Of a stretch of DNA of 64,000 nt, positions 12,626 through 25,289 are shown piece by piece. The notes beneath the pieces are model-generated. The model saw only the letters and a list, made by a program, of their open reading frames with translations. It ran no database searches and had not been told where the DNA came from. The position numbers and the translations under genes are program-made. Origin of the DNA: Octopus sinensis (taxonomy: Eukaryota); assembly GCF_006345805.1 (NCBI RefSeq), contig NC_042998.1:171244001-171308000 (forward strand), read 5' to 3'. The number at the start of each line of letters is the position of its first letter. The stretch's first letter is position 1.

Positions 12626-13341
12626 TTTGTTATTCTGGGTACTTTCTGTAAAATTATTAAAATTTTGTTCAAACATCGCTATAGAAAATGGGTTATTAGC
12701 TAATATTCAATTGGGTATACAACAAAATTTTACGATAGAATTTGTTATTCTGGGTAACTTCTGTAAAATTATTAAAATTTTGTTCAAACATCGCTATAGA
12801 AAATGGGTTATTAGCTAATATTCAATTGGGTATACAACAAAATTTTACGATAGAATTTGTTACTCTGGGTAACTTTCTGTAAAATTATTAAAATTTTGTT
12901 CAAACATCGCTATAGAAAATGGGTTATTAGCTAATATTCAATTGGGTATACAACAAAATTTTACGATAGAATTTGTTATTCTGGGTAACTTTCTGTAAAA
13001 TTATTAAATTTTGTTCAAACATCGCTATAGAAAATGGGTTATTAGCTAATATTCAATTGGGTATACAACAAAATTTTACGATAGAATTTGTTATTCTGGG
13101 TAACATTCTGTAAAATTATTAAAATTTTGTTCAAACATCGCTATAGAAAATGGTTATTAGCTAATATTCAATTGGGTATACAACAAAATTTTACGATAGA
13201 ATTTGTTATTCTGGGTAACTTTCTGTAAAATTATTAAAATTTTGTTCAAACATCGCTATAGAAAATGGGTTATTAGCTAATATTCAATTGGGTATACAAC
13301 AAAATTTTACGATAGAATTTGTTATTCTGGGTAACTTTCTG
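12626..13341. repeat. Tandem satellite, about 6.2 units of 115-116 bp
   Basis: Unit starts at 12626, 12741, 12856, 12972, 13087, 13202, 13318. Units are nearly identical. Confidence 0.96.
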
Positions 13342-13659
13342 ATACCCCATAATATTTATGGCAAAATAGGCCTTAATTTCATTTAAGGTTGTGGAAATAA
13401 CTAACTATCCTTTCTTTCGTTTGTTTACGTTTAGCGTAACAGTTCGTTTCTGCCGTAATGATTTCAAATGGGCTCATTCGAAAAAGTAAATAGAAATAGT
13501 GTAAGGCTTTACTCTTCTGGGAAAGTCTGTGGCTTAGTGCAGTTTCTTCAGAAAAATCACCGAAAAAACAGTTTTTAAATTTTCACTCCATTCAGGTGCT
13601 AATTCGTGTTCTTAATCGCTGTCGGATTCACTGTTTTCACTTTAATAGCTGCCAACTTG

Positions 13660-13956
13660 CAAAGACAAAGGAGGAGAAGGGTGATAGCGTGAGTGAAACA
13701 ATTCGCTCCCTTTGTGTGTGTGTGTGTTTGCGTGTGGTGTAAACCAGACTAAGAAAAGCATTTGACACACACACCAGAATGTGAGTTTTCTGTAAATTTT
13801 GCTTAATTGGAGTTTAAATTTTAAAAACTGGACCTGGCATGACGCGATGCATTGTACTCTTAAAATTGCTAGGTAAATTGTAATTGAAGAAATCCTATAT
13901 TGTAGATTTGTATAACTCCCAAAGGAGGCAGATAAAATCTGCCTTTTATAATAAGA

Positions 13957-13958
<2 letters not shown>
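13660..13958 (-). mobile_element. Helitron B-type 5' head with a free end in (TA)n
   Basis: A|TCTCTTATTATAAAAGGCAG at 13958. Downstream cargo variant shared with 7826-7900. Confidence 0.75.
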
Positions 13959-13994
<36 letters not shown>

Positions 13995-14159
13995 ATATAT
14001 ATATATATATTATGTGAAATAGAAAGATGAATAATCTTGTAGTGGATTAATCAAAAGTTTAACCGATACCTTAGTAGCAAAAATCACAGCAGTGAACAGC
14101 ACGGTTGGAGGTACAACCATCTGGCGTTTCAACCGTGCGTTGGTGCGGATAATTGAAAT

Positions 14160-14291
14160 TAAAACATTATTGGTGAATTGAAGAAATGGAGCTGAACGCA
14201 GATTGAACAGAAATCGTTTTATAAAACGATTTCTGTTTATAAAACGATTCTGTTCAATCTGCGTTCAGCTCCATTTCTTCAATTCACCAAT

Positions 14292-14300
<9 letters not shown>
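14160..14300. repeat. Near-perfect fold-back inverted repeat (~60-bp arms)
   Basis: 14160-14220 vs 14241-14300, one 1-nt indel. Confidence 0.93.
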
Positions 14301-14355
<55 letters not shown>

Positions 14356-14540
14356 ACATGTATGTATATACATATATATATATATGTATATATGCATATA
14401 TATACATATGTATATATATGTATATGTATATATGTATATATATATATGTATATATATGTATATATGTATACATATATATATGTATATATATATCATATAT
14501 ATTATGTATATATATATATATGTATATATATATGTGTATA

Positions 14541-14720
14541 TATTTTCCAGGACTGCCATGTTAGCTTGGCGATAAATATTACTATCCAGTACTGCTGTCG
14601 TAATCTCCTTTATATATATATATTAATATTAATATTTTAAAATCTCTCTAAAGGAGATTACGGCAGCAGTACTGGACAGTAATATTTATCGCCAAGCTAA
14701 CATGGCAGTCCTGGAAAATA
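14541..14720. repeat. Inverted repeat, 72-bp arms, 36-bp AT loop
   Basis: 14541-14612 vs 14649-14720, 2 mismatches. Confidence 0.93.
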
Positions 14721-15059
14721 GGGCGAATGCTGCCGTTGATTAGCTCCAAGAGGCCATCGCCTCTAGCTAGCTTTGTGACACATATACCTTTGTCTATTAG
14801 AACCTTCGAACAGACAGTCAACACCGATGCCTGCTGAGTTCGGCTACTCCACATTGTGAACGAGCAATCACCCCGAAACTAGTCTGTGGATGTTGAACCA
14901 GCAAGGGGAAGCTGCTGATCTCCCCTTTTCGAAAATTGTTTTGGACACAGGTTTATGTGTCACAAGAGGCAATTAGAGGCGATCGCCTCTTGCAGCTAAT
15001 CAACGGTAGCATTCGCCCTATTTTCTCGGATAACTGTGTTAGCTTGGTGATAACTATTA
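14680..15059. mobile_element. MITE-like element with ~100-bp imperfect TIRs
   Basis: 14680-14782 is an imperfect reverse complement of 14954-15059. No TSD resolved. Confidence 0.65.
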
Positions 15060-15084
15060 ATATTATATATTTATGTGTATATCG

Positions 15085-16083
15085 TCATCATCATCATCAT
15101 CATCATTTAACGTCCGTTTTACATGCTAGCATGGGTTGAACGGTTCGACCGGGGTCTGGGAAGCCAGGAGGCTGCACCAGGCTCCAGTCTGATCTGACAG
15201 TATTTCTACAGCTGGATGCCCTTCCTAACGCCAACCACTCCGTGAGTGTAGTGGGTGCTTTTAATGTGCCACCGGCATAGGGGCCAGAGGAGGCTGGCAA
15301 ACGGCCACGATCGGTCGGTGCTTTTTACGTGTCACCGGCACGGACGCCAGTCAACGCGGCGCTGGCATCACAACTACAATTTCCATTTGATTTTTATTTT
15401 GATGTTGATATACTTGACTCAATAGTTCTCAAGCACAGCAGGTCACCCTATGATCCAAGGTTAGCACAGTAGGCCGTCCTGCGAGCCATAAACTAATTTC
15501 ATTTGTCGGGTCTTCGCAGTCACAGCATATCTCAGAGGTCTCGGTCTTTCGTCATTGCCTCTGTGAGGCCCAACGCGCCACCGACACTGGTTTCACAACT
15601 ACAATATCCATTTAAAAATATATATAATATCCATTTTATTTTGATATTGATGTACTTGACTCAATAGGTCTCCTCAAGCAAAGCAGGTCGCCCTACGATC
15701 CAAGGTAAACACAGCAGGCTGTCCTGCGAGCTATGAACTCACTTCATTTGTCGGGTCTTCGCAGTCACAGCATATCTCCAGAGATCTCGGTCTTTCGTCA
15801 TTGCCTCTGTGAGGCCCAACGTTCGAAGGTCATGCTTGATCACCTCATCCCATGTCTTCCTGGGTCTACCTCTACCTTCACACATCTCTCCTCATCCATC
15901 CGTAGTACATGCCCATACCAACGCAAACGTCTCTCCTGTACGCCACATCTGATGCTTCTTATATTCAACATTTCTCTCAAGGCGCTTACACTCTCGTGCA
16001 TGCACACTGACATTACACATCCAGCGGATCATGCTCGCTTCATTTCTTTCGAGCCTACGGATGTCCTCCGCAGTCACAGCCCA
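15085..16083 (-). mobile_element. RTE-clade LINE 3' end: ORF C-terminal fragment, partly duplicated 3' region and (ATG)n tail
   Basis: WAVTAEDIRRLERNEASMIRWMC; GGATGCCCTTCCTAACGCC motif; (CAT)n at 15085; ~200-bp duplication 15370-15569 vs 15594-15820. Confidence 0.8.
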
Positions 16084-16258
16084 TGGGAGAAAGAGTGGTG
16101 AAAGAGTACAGCAGGGATCACCACCCTCTGCCGGAGTCTCGTAGAGCTTTTAGGTGTTTTCGCTCAATAAACACTCACAACGCCCGGTCTGGGAATCGAA
16201 ACCACGATCCTACGATCGCGAGTCCGCTGCCCTAACCACTGGGCCATTGCGCCTCCAC
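16084..16258 (-). mobile_element. tRNA-derived SINE family 1, 5' ~175 nt, fused to the RTE fragment
   Basis: A box TGGCCCAGTGG and B box GTTTCGATTCC. Homologous to 1738-1900. Confidence 0.85.
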
Positions 16259-17199
16259 TGCATATATATACGCACACATAATTCATGCGTTAGGTGAGGT
16301 GTATTCCTGAAGTGGTCCGTATTGTCCTTGCATATATATAAATGAATGAATGAATGAATAAATATACACACTTAGATATACATATACATCAATATATGAT
16401 GTGTTTATAGTTGAGGGCCTGCAATCATGGTTCCCATTATGGGGTGAAAGTTTATATCAATATTTATGACAGCAGTTGTAATGCATTAGTAAATGCATTA
16501 GTAAATGCATTAAATCTCCGGGTAGTTAACAAGATACTGTATTATCTTCCGTTATTTCTTCCGTCATTCTATAGTTAACAAGTTACTGAATCCCTATTGG
16601 TAATGGGGAGCGGGTTGTGGTTATTCACGTAATCTAATTGGTCAGCTTATTTATTTGAAAGGCCATGACGTTGCTATGGTTAGTTAATGGTTAACAGATA
16701 ACAAACAAACTATATAAAAGTTATATATGTATGAAAACATAGAAACAAATAATTTATAGTTAACTATGGGTAGGTATGAGAGTAAAAATTAATATTGAGA
16801 CTTGATTCGATTAGATTAAATTAAATTAAATTAAGAATTATATTAGTAAAAAGTTGATGAGTGTATAGGTTAGTGAGTATAATATAATAGGTTATAGTGA
16901 TATGATTAGGGGATGTGGTTTTTAGATTGTTTACGAGAAATAAGGTATTACAAATGTATGAAACCATATATTATTATATTATTATAAATGTAAAAACGTG
17001 TATCCGTCTAATTAGGGGGATTAAATGTGCATTTACCAAAATATATGAGCAATACAGGAGGAAATTCTATGATGGAAATTATAAGTACCAATTTTTTATC
17101 AATGGATAAGATATAAGAAGGGACTGGATAAGTTATTTTTTCGAGTTGTTATTCATCGTTAAAATATGTTTATAGTATAATATATTTCATTAAACACAA

Positions 17200-17690
<491 letters not shown>

Positions 17691-17820
17691 AACTATGCCA
17701 TTTTAATACCGAGCAACGCGGTGTATCTCTGTTAGTTGGTATTAAGCCAAGGATTTGATATTAGGAAGAAATGGAAGGCTGTCGAAATAGCATTTCTTGC
17801 ACTATATATGGTACAGATAA

Positions 17821-18205
17821 GGCGGCGAGCTGGTAGAAGCGTTAGCACGCCGGTCGAAATACTTAGCGGTATTTCGTCTGTCTTTATGTTCTGAGTTCAA
17901 ATTCCGCCGAGGTCGACTTTGCCTTTCATCCTTTCAGGGTCGATAAATAAAGTACCAGTTACGCGCTGGGGTCGATGTAATCGACTTAATTCCTTTGTCT
18001 ATCCTTGTTTGTCCCCTCTATGTTTAGCCCCTTGTGGGTAATAAAGAAATAGGTATTTCGTCTGTCTTTATGTTCTGAGTTCAAATTCCGCCGAGGTCGA
18101 CTTTACCTTTCGTCCTTTCGGGGTCGATAAATTAAGTACCATTTGCGTACTGGGGTCCTGGCCCTCTCCGCCAAAATTTCGGGCCTTGTGCCTAAAGTAG
18201 GAAAG
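17821..18205 (+). mobile_element. Head-to-tail dimer of tRNA-derived SINE family 3 (GGCGGCGAGCTGGCAGAA head)
   Basis: GAGTTCAAATTCC B box and GTCGACTTTGCCTTTCATCCTTTCGGGGTCGATAAA core occur twice, with two different 3' tails. Confidence 0.85.
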
Positions 18206-18248
18206 TATATATGGTACAGATATATTATGTACACACACACACACACAA

Positions 18249-19390
18249 GTGGGCTGTATCAAATGTAACGCAAAAGTGGGTATAACTTTTTAAGTGCCAG
18301 AGGTCGTTCAAAGTGCACATATTGATTAGATTAGCTCTCCGTCTATACAAAGGTACTACTTAACACAGTTTCCATCACAAGCGATGCATTTATGTCATTG
18401 TTGAACATAATTCTCGAATCCTTTTTGAAAAAATTCAGGTGTGCACTGTTATATCCATTTTTACAGCCTTTTACCCATCGTCTGTGTCATAAAATCGGTG
18501 TCTCTGAAACTACCCTTTATTGAATCGAACATGTGAAAATCTAAAGGTACTATATCCGGTTTTATTGGCGGATGGAACATCACTGATCAGCCCAATTTGC
18601 CAGTTGCCCGATTTGTTGCTAAAGATGTGCATGGTCGTACATTGTCATGAGGAATGTAAACTATTTTTAGATTCTTGTTCGGCCTCTTCCTCCTACTAAG
18701 CTCTTTGAGCGTCACAATATTACCGTTCACTGTTCACTGAGCAGCCACATTTCAAAAGTTTCAATGAGAATGGAGCCTTTGTTACACACCAAACATTCAC
18801 CATGCCTTTCTGTACTGATCGTTGGTTCTTGAACTTATTAGGCATTGGAGAAGAAGTGTAGCACCATTCTATGGACTAAACCCACATTTCTGGATCATAA
18901 AGATACGGCCACATTTCGTTCCGTCACCAGATCGGAAATAAACGTGTCTTCGTTGGCTTCGAACGTTTTAGCAGTTTAGAGCACCCTTCTGTCTTTTAAA
19001 TGGTGTGTCACCTGCCGAGATACCCATTTTGCACATACTTTCCGATATTCAAAATCTGCCGCAGTCTTCTGTAATGCATCGGGATCACAGTCCAGCTGTC
19101 CAACACACTCACAGATTACGACTTAGCTGTTCACGTGAAACGATTTGTCCACTCACTAGCGATTCGTACCAGTGACAACAGTTAATGCTCTCTCGCTGCG
19201 TGGTTTGTCTTCAAAGCTGCTTTTCCTTCTATAAACTTCTTCATCCATCTGTGCACATTGTTCTTGTCATTGGCATCATTTCCATAAACAACCTGTAGCT
19301 CTCTCCGTAGCTTTCTCCATGATGTCAGACTGCTCGCACCTTTCCTACGCCAAGAACTCAATGACAGCACGTTGCTTCTGCTTGGAACCT
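18249..19390 (-). mobile_element. Degraded mariner element
   Basis: N-terminal HTH-like VYGNDANDKNNVHRWMKKFIEG, a recognisable degenerate C-terminus, and TIR-like GGGCTGTATCAAATGTAACGCA at the left end. Confidence 0.7.
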
Positions 19391-19465
19391 ATTATTTGTC
19401 TGCAACGAAAAGGAATAGGAAGAAGACTTACTTTATCAACATGGGCAGATTAAACGACCTATGTC

Positions 19466-19469
<4 letters not shown>

Positions 19470-19511
<42 letters not shown>

Positions 19512-19521
19512 TAATAATAAC

Positions 19522-19562
<41 letters not shown>

Positions 19563-19581
19563 TAATAATAATAATAATAAC

Positions 19582-19620
<39 letters not shown>
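19470..19620. repeat. (TAA)n microsatellite, 5' flank of the Dong element
   Basis: Directly visible. Confidence 0.97.
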
Positions 19621-19621
<1 letters not shown>

Positions 19622-22600
19622 GGTACCGGGGACGTAAGAAGACACCGGGGACGTTTAAGATGTAAGAAGGAAAATACAGATCTCCGAAATCTATCCACAA
19701 ACATCGAAAACAAGGACACCCTATGGAGCCAAAGATTTACTAACAAAGAATTGGACTATATCCGAGTAAGTAATACGAATTGAAATTTATTACTATTTTC
19801 GAAACGAAATGATGTATTTTGACTCGATATTATCTCCACCTCTAACACAACACATGTAAACATGCGTGGAACAACACGATCACCCCCGACCTCAAACACC
19901 ATGTACAAAGGAACTACGAAGAAATTAAATGCCACCGATACTATTCAACCCAAGAATAACAATCGAGCGGTACGTACATTAAACCTACAACAAAAAATGT
20001 ACGAAAAACTACACGTGCGAAATAATGTGACAACAGAAATAAACGGACCGGTACCCTACGAAAATGACGACCGTCAAAATAATGGGCCGGACGTTGTACC
20101 TCATGTCCCGCAATTAAAACCCAAAAGACGTAAATGGACACGTGAGGAATACATTTCTATCTTACACGCATACTTCACAGCAATGCTCTACCCACAAAAT
20201 GAAAATACAACAACACATACATATAAAATATGGAAGGAAAATAATAGAGATATAGACTTGGATACAGCAATGAACCCTAATAAATTAGCTAACGTACGAA
20301 GATACATTCTCAAAGCCAAAAAAATATCAGAAATAGAAATAGAACATTTAAAAGAAAAAATACACCAGGAAAATGTAGATAGAAGCCACACAACAATGCC
20401 CAATAATATAAACACTGAAACTGTAAAACACGAAGACAAACGCAACATTCCCAACAAACACGATGTAAACAACGAAGGGGAGCCTAATGATTATGATAAT
20501 ATAAAAAATAAAATAATCAAAGAACTAAAAACCACAGAGCTCAAAATGGACCACCGACCATATCTCCCAAGAATAAAAATAAACGCAATAACACACCAAT
20601 TATAAACAACATAAACCTAGCCGTCACTGAACTAGCCACTGAAACAAAAAAAAGTGATATCACTGAACTAAATGACTTGATATACGCAGCAGCCACTGCA
20701 GCCACAAAAGAAGCTGGATACTCACCCAAACCCGCCCAAACAGGAGTACCACCACCCAAACAAACCCTGTGGATAAATAACATCCAAAACAAAATAAAAA
20801 AAATTAGAAAAGACCTGTCGATTCTTAATGAAATCAGCAAACAAGCAACGCTACTGAGCAACAAAAAGAGAACAAAAATGCTCCGCAAATATAACATCAC
20901 AGAAAAGATTTGCCGGAGATAAAAGAAAAGCTGAAGCAAGATATCCTTGCCAAAGCTCAAAGGATCCGCCGATACGAGAAACGCCAACGCTTCTTTGAAC
21001 AGAACAAAAAGTTCAACTCCGACCCCAAAAAGTTCTACCAAGAACTGGGCAAAAATAAAATAGACGTCACTGCAGCACCAACGGCAGAAGAATTGGAAGA
21101 ATTCTGGAAAGAAATATGGTCGGCGAACGAACAGCCAAAAAAAAGGAGTATGAAAATAACAAACTCGGCATCTGAACAACTTTGGACCCCCATAACAACT
21201 GAAGAGGTCACCCAGGCACTGCAAAAACTAAGCAACTGGAAGGCACCTGGGCATGACAAGATCCCCAACTTCTGGTTGAAATATCTAACAGGAATGCACA
21301 AAAAGCTGGCTGAAAACTTTAACAGCATACTAGCAGAGCCAGAGACAATGCCTGAATGGCTCACGAAGGGGAAAACCATCTTAATTCCCAAATCAAATGA
21401 AACAACAAAACCAGAAAATTACAGACCAATAACCTGCCTCCCTACTATGTTCAAGGCATTTACTGCAGTGATATCGCAAAGGCTGAACAAGCACCTGGAC
21501 GAAAACAAACTGTTCCCAGAAGAGCAGAAAGGATGCCGCAAGGGCTCATATGGCTGTAAAGATCAACTAATGATTAATAAAGCCGTAACTGAAACAGCCA
21601 CAGAAAGAAGAAAGGCCTCAGTATGGCCTGGATTGACTACAAAAAGGCGTTTGATAGCATCCCCCACACATGGATCCTTGAAACACTAGCCATTAACAAA
21701 GTAGCACCAACAATCATAAAATTCATAGAGCACTCTATGAATAAATGGCAAACAGTCCTACACCTCCAAACAAAAGAGGGACTCATGAAAACCAAAGACA
21801 TCCCCATTAGAAGAGGAATATTCCAGGGAGACACGCTCTCTTCACTCCTTTTCTGCTTGGCACTGTCACCTCTATCTGATATGCTAAATAGAACTGGATG
21901 CGGATATAAATGTTACGGCAAAACGATCAGCCACCTTTTATATATGGATGACCTAAAACTATACGCTGCAAATGACAAACAGCCGGAAACACTATTAAAG
22001 ACAGTTCATGGATTTACCAAAGAAATAGATATGAAATTTGGATTAGAAAAATGCGCCAAAGTACCATGAAAAGAGGAAAACTAGTTAAGAGTAACAACAT
22101 CACACTAGATAAAACCAATGAAATAAAAGAATTAGACCAAAGCCAAACTTACAAATACTTAGGAATCCATGAACTAGATAAGACACAACACACACAAATG
22201 AAAGAGAAAATAAAAAAAGAATATTATAGACGAGTTAGATCAATACTAAAAACAGAGCTCAATGCTAAAAACAAGATAATAGGTATCAACACTTTAGCTG
22301 TCCCAGTTATAAGTTACAGCTACAATATGGACACGAAATGAACTGTCCAAAATAGATAGGAAACAAGAAAAATACTGACAGGATCTAGGATGCATCACCA
22401 AAATCTGACATAGAAAGACTATATATACAACGTATAGAAGGTGGTAGAGGCCTTATACAGCTGGAAAACTACTATAAAATAACCACCATAGGACTGCAAA
22501 AATACCTACTTCAGAAGAAGGAAAACTGATCCAGATAGCAGCAAAACACGAGCAAAACAAAAAACTGTTCTCAGTATTTAAGGAAGCTGACAAATACAAA

Positions 22601-23578
22601 CAAGAAATCATACCACCTAATAACACAAAGAAGAAGAAGAAGATGATGAAGAAACAACAAAAGCTATAAAACAAATGAAATCCAAACTAAAAATAGAACA
22701 GCAACGAGCCATGATAAAACGATGGCAAGAAAAGCCCCTTCATGGTAAATACTGCACTAAACTAAACGCAAAAGAAATAGACAAAGAAAAATCCCAGCAA
22801 TGGTTGAGAAGCTCAGGACTCAAAGCAGAAACGAGGGATTTTTAATTGCAGCACAAGACCAAAGCCTCCCCACCAGAAATTACCAAAAACATGTAATGAA
22901 AAGAAATATTACAAGTAACTGCAGAATATGTGGAGATGGACAAGAAACAATAAATCATATTATCTCTAGCTGCCCAGTCCTGGCTAAGAAGGAATATTCA
23001 CAGACATGACAGAGTTGGAACCTACATACATTGGAAGCTATGCCAACATTATGAATAACAACAGAAAAAAGATGGTATAGGCACACACCAGAAAAGGTCA
23101 CAGAAAACGAGAAAGCAACCATACTCTGGGATATGCCGATACACACAGATAGAGAAATTAAGGCCAACAGACCAGATATAGTTGTCAGAGATCATGAAGA
23201 AAAAAAATGCTTTCTAATTGATGTATCAATACCGGCAGATGACAACGTGTCTCTAAAAGAAATGGAGAAACTCTCAAAATACAAAGACCTGGAAATAGAG
23301 GTAACTAGAATGTGGAACCTGAAAACAGAAACAATTCCTATCATAGTAGGTGCATTAGGCATGATAAAAAATATTCAAACAAATACATAACAAAAACACC
23401 AGGACTTACAAACACATATACATACAGAAAATTGCACTACTAGGCACTGCACACATCCTACGCAGAACACTTTCCATACAATAACCATCAGAGCATCACA
23501 ACAAATCACAGCACATACCCAAGGCACACAGAGCTGCGCTCGGTAGTGAAGTGAAAGCACGCTATAAAAATAAAACTA

Positions 23579-23581
<3 letters not shown>
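19621..23581 (+). mobile_element. Full-length R4/Dong-clade non-LTR retrotransposon (RT + CCHC + restriction-like endonuclease), multiple frameshifts
   Basis: KWTREE N-terminus; RT motifs WKAPGHD, NYRPITCL, WIDYKKAFDS, GIFQGD, YMDDLKLY; CRICG..ETINHIISSC knuckle; NRPDIVV..CFLIDV RLE; flanked by (TAA)n on both sides. Confidence 0.95.
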
Positions 23582-23610
<29 letters not shown>

Positions 23611-23923
23611 CTCTCAAAATACAAAGACCTGGAAATAGAGGTAACTAGAATGTGGAATCTGAAAACAGAAACAATTCCTATCATAGTAGGTGCATTAGGC
23701 ATGATAAAAAAATATTCAGACAAATACATAACAAAAACACCAGGACTTACAAACACATATAACATACAGAAAATTGCACTACTAGGCACTGCACACATCC
23801 TACGCAGAACACTTTCCATACAATAACCATCAGAGCATCACAACAAATCACAGCACATACCCAAGGCACACAGAGCTGCGCTCGGTAGTGAAGTGAAAGC
23901 ACGCTATAAAAATAAAACTACTG
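23611..23923 (+). mobile_element. 5'-truncated copy of the same Dong family, lying in the (TAA)n tail of the full-length copy
   Basis: Near-identical to 23271-23581. (TAA)n on both sides. Confidence 0.93.
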
Positions 23924-24503
23924 AATAATAATAATAATAAAATTACGCCCACACTTGCATAAATTTCGGAACATTCTTCATTTGTAAAATATTGTCTAAT
24001 CTAAGTCTGGGTTTGAAATTTACCTGCCGACAATTTCCAGACTTTAAACAAACTCCATGCTAAGAATTAACACTTTTATAGCGTGAATAGACTCTTCAAT
24101 GCCAAGTTGCTGCTTTATATCATTTTATTCACTTCAACTATGAAAGAAGTCACAGATCACAGTGTTAAGACAAAATTTGTGACTTTTCAACGTCAGTATT
24201 TGTCAAATTGAAAAATAGCTCGATAACTTGCAGGGATGATTTGAAATTATACTTCCCATGTTACACTGCATGGAGATGAAATATTTGATGATAGCCCTAT
24301 CATTCAATGAAGAGATTTGTTAAACCTTTTCCAATGATTTGATTAAATACGCTGTCAGAAAATTTCTCTAGTTTCCCCCCAAAATGATTTGATTCTTCAA
24401 GCATACAAATTGGATTTCTGTCGTTTCTCTTTAGCTACATTGCCAAACAATTCATTAGAGTATCATCGCCGCACCACCACCACCTCTTCTTCTTCTTCTT
24501 CTT

Positions 24504-24554
<51 letters not shown>

Positions 24555-25289
24555 ATCATTATAATAATGGCTCTAGAGTTGTCCCAAACCACTACAAGCT
24601 GTGGCGACACGACTAGTTAGCGAAAGAGATAAAATTGGAAACTGCGAAAAGTAGGGGCTAGAGAGAGGCAAGACGTGATATGATCACAAACCGCAGAGAG
24701 TGGCAGAGTCGGAGACTAGCAAAATCCTCTAAGATTTCCCAATCCAAACAGATCAGGTGCTAGAGTATAACAGACCGGGCCTAGTGGTGGTCGACGAGAT
24801 GGACCACATGTGCTATATAGTCGATGTTGCATGCCGCTTTGACCCACAAATAGTCAAGAAGAAAGACGAAAAGATAGATTGATAGAACCCTCTTAAATAC
24901 GAAATAGCCCGGTGTAAAGATTTCAAGTTACCCCACATTTCAAGCCACCTCCCAGTAATCTGAAATAGACTTCAAATTACCGTGGGTGGAGGTGAGAAGG
25001 TAGCCTGAAACCGATTTCAAATTACCCCCGCGCTGTTCACATTGACTCCTCAATGATTTTGCTAAAATAATAAATTCCATGACTTACTACTCCTGATATT
25101 TTTATTACATTAACCGCAGATTACATTGAAGATTGTAAACTAATCTTAAAATATGAAAATACGACAAAAATATTAGATTTTTTAAAACACTTTTATGATA
25201 TGCTGAAAAAAACATGTTGACTATCTGCTTTGCATTTTTTATTAAATAAAAACATTTTATTATTTTTTTTATTTATGAGAAAGTGATTT

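Noticed and set aside
16084-16258. tRNA-like sequence as a tRNA gene (also 1738, 17821, 52383)
   Set aside because: A and B boxes are present, but they continue into SINE bodies with no convincing cloverleaf or terminator.
16560-16720. CCAAT-like, X-box-like and TATA-like motifs suggesting a promoter
   Set aside because: Short motifs in AT-rich DNA with no downstream exon or other support.
17705-17735. Plus-strand Helitron-like 3' hairpin (CCGAGCAACGCGG..GTTAGT)
   Set aside because: Degenerate, CTAG is mutated and no matching 5' end was found.
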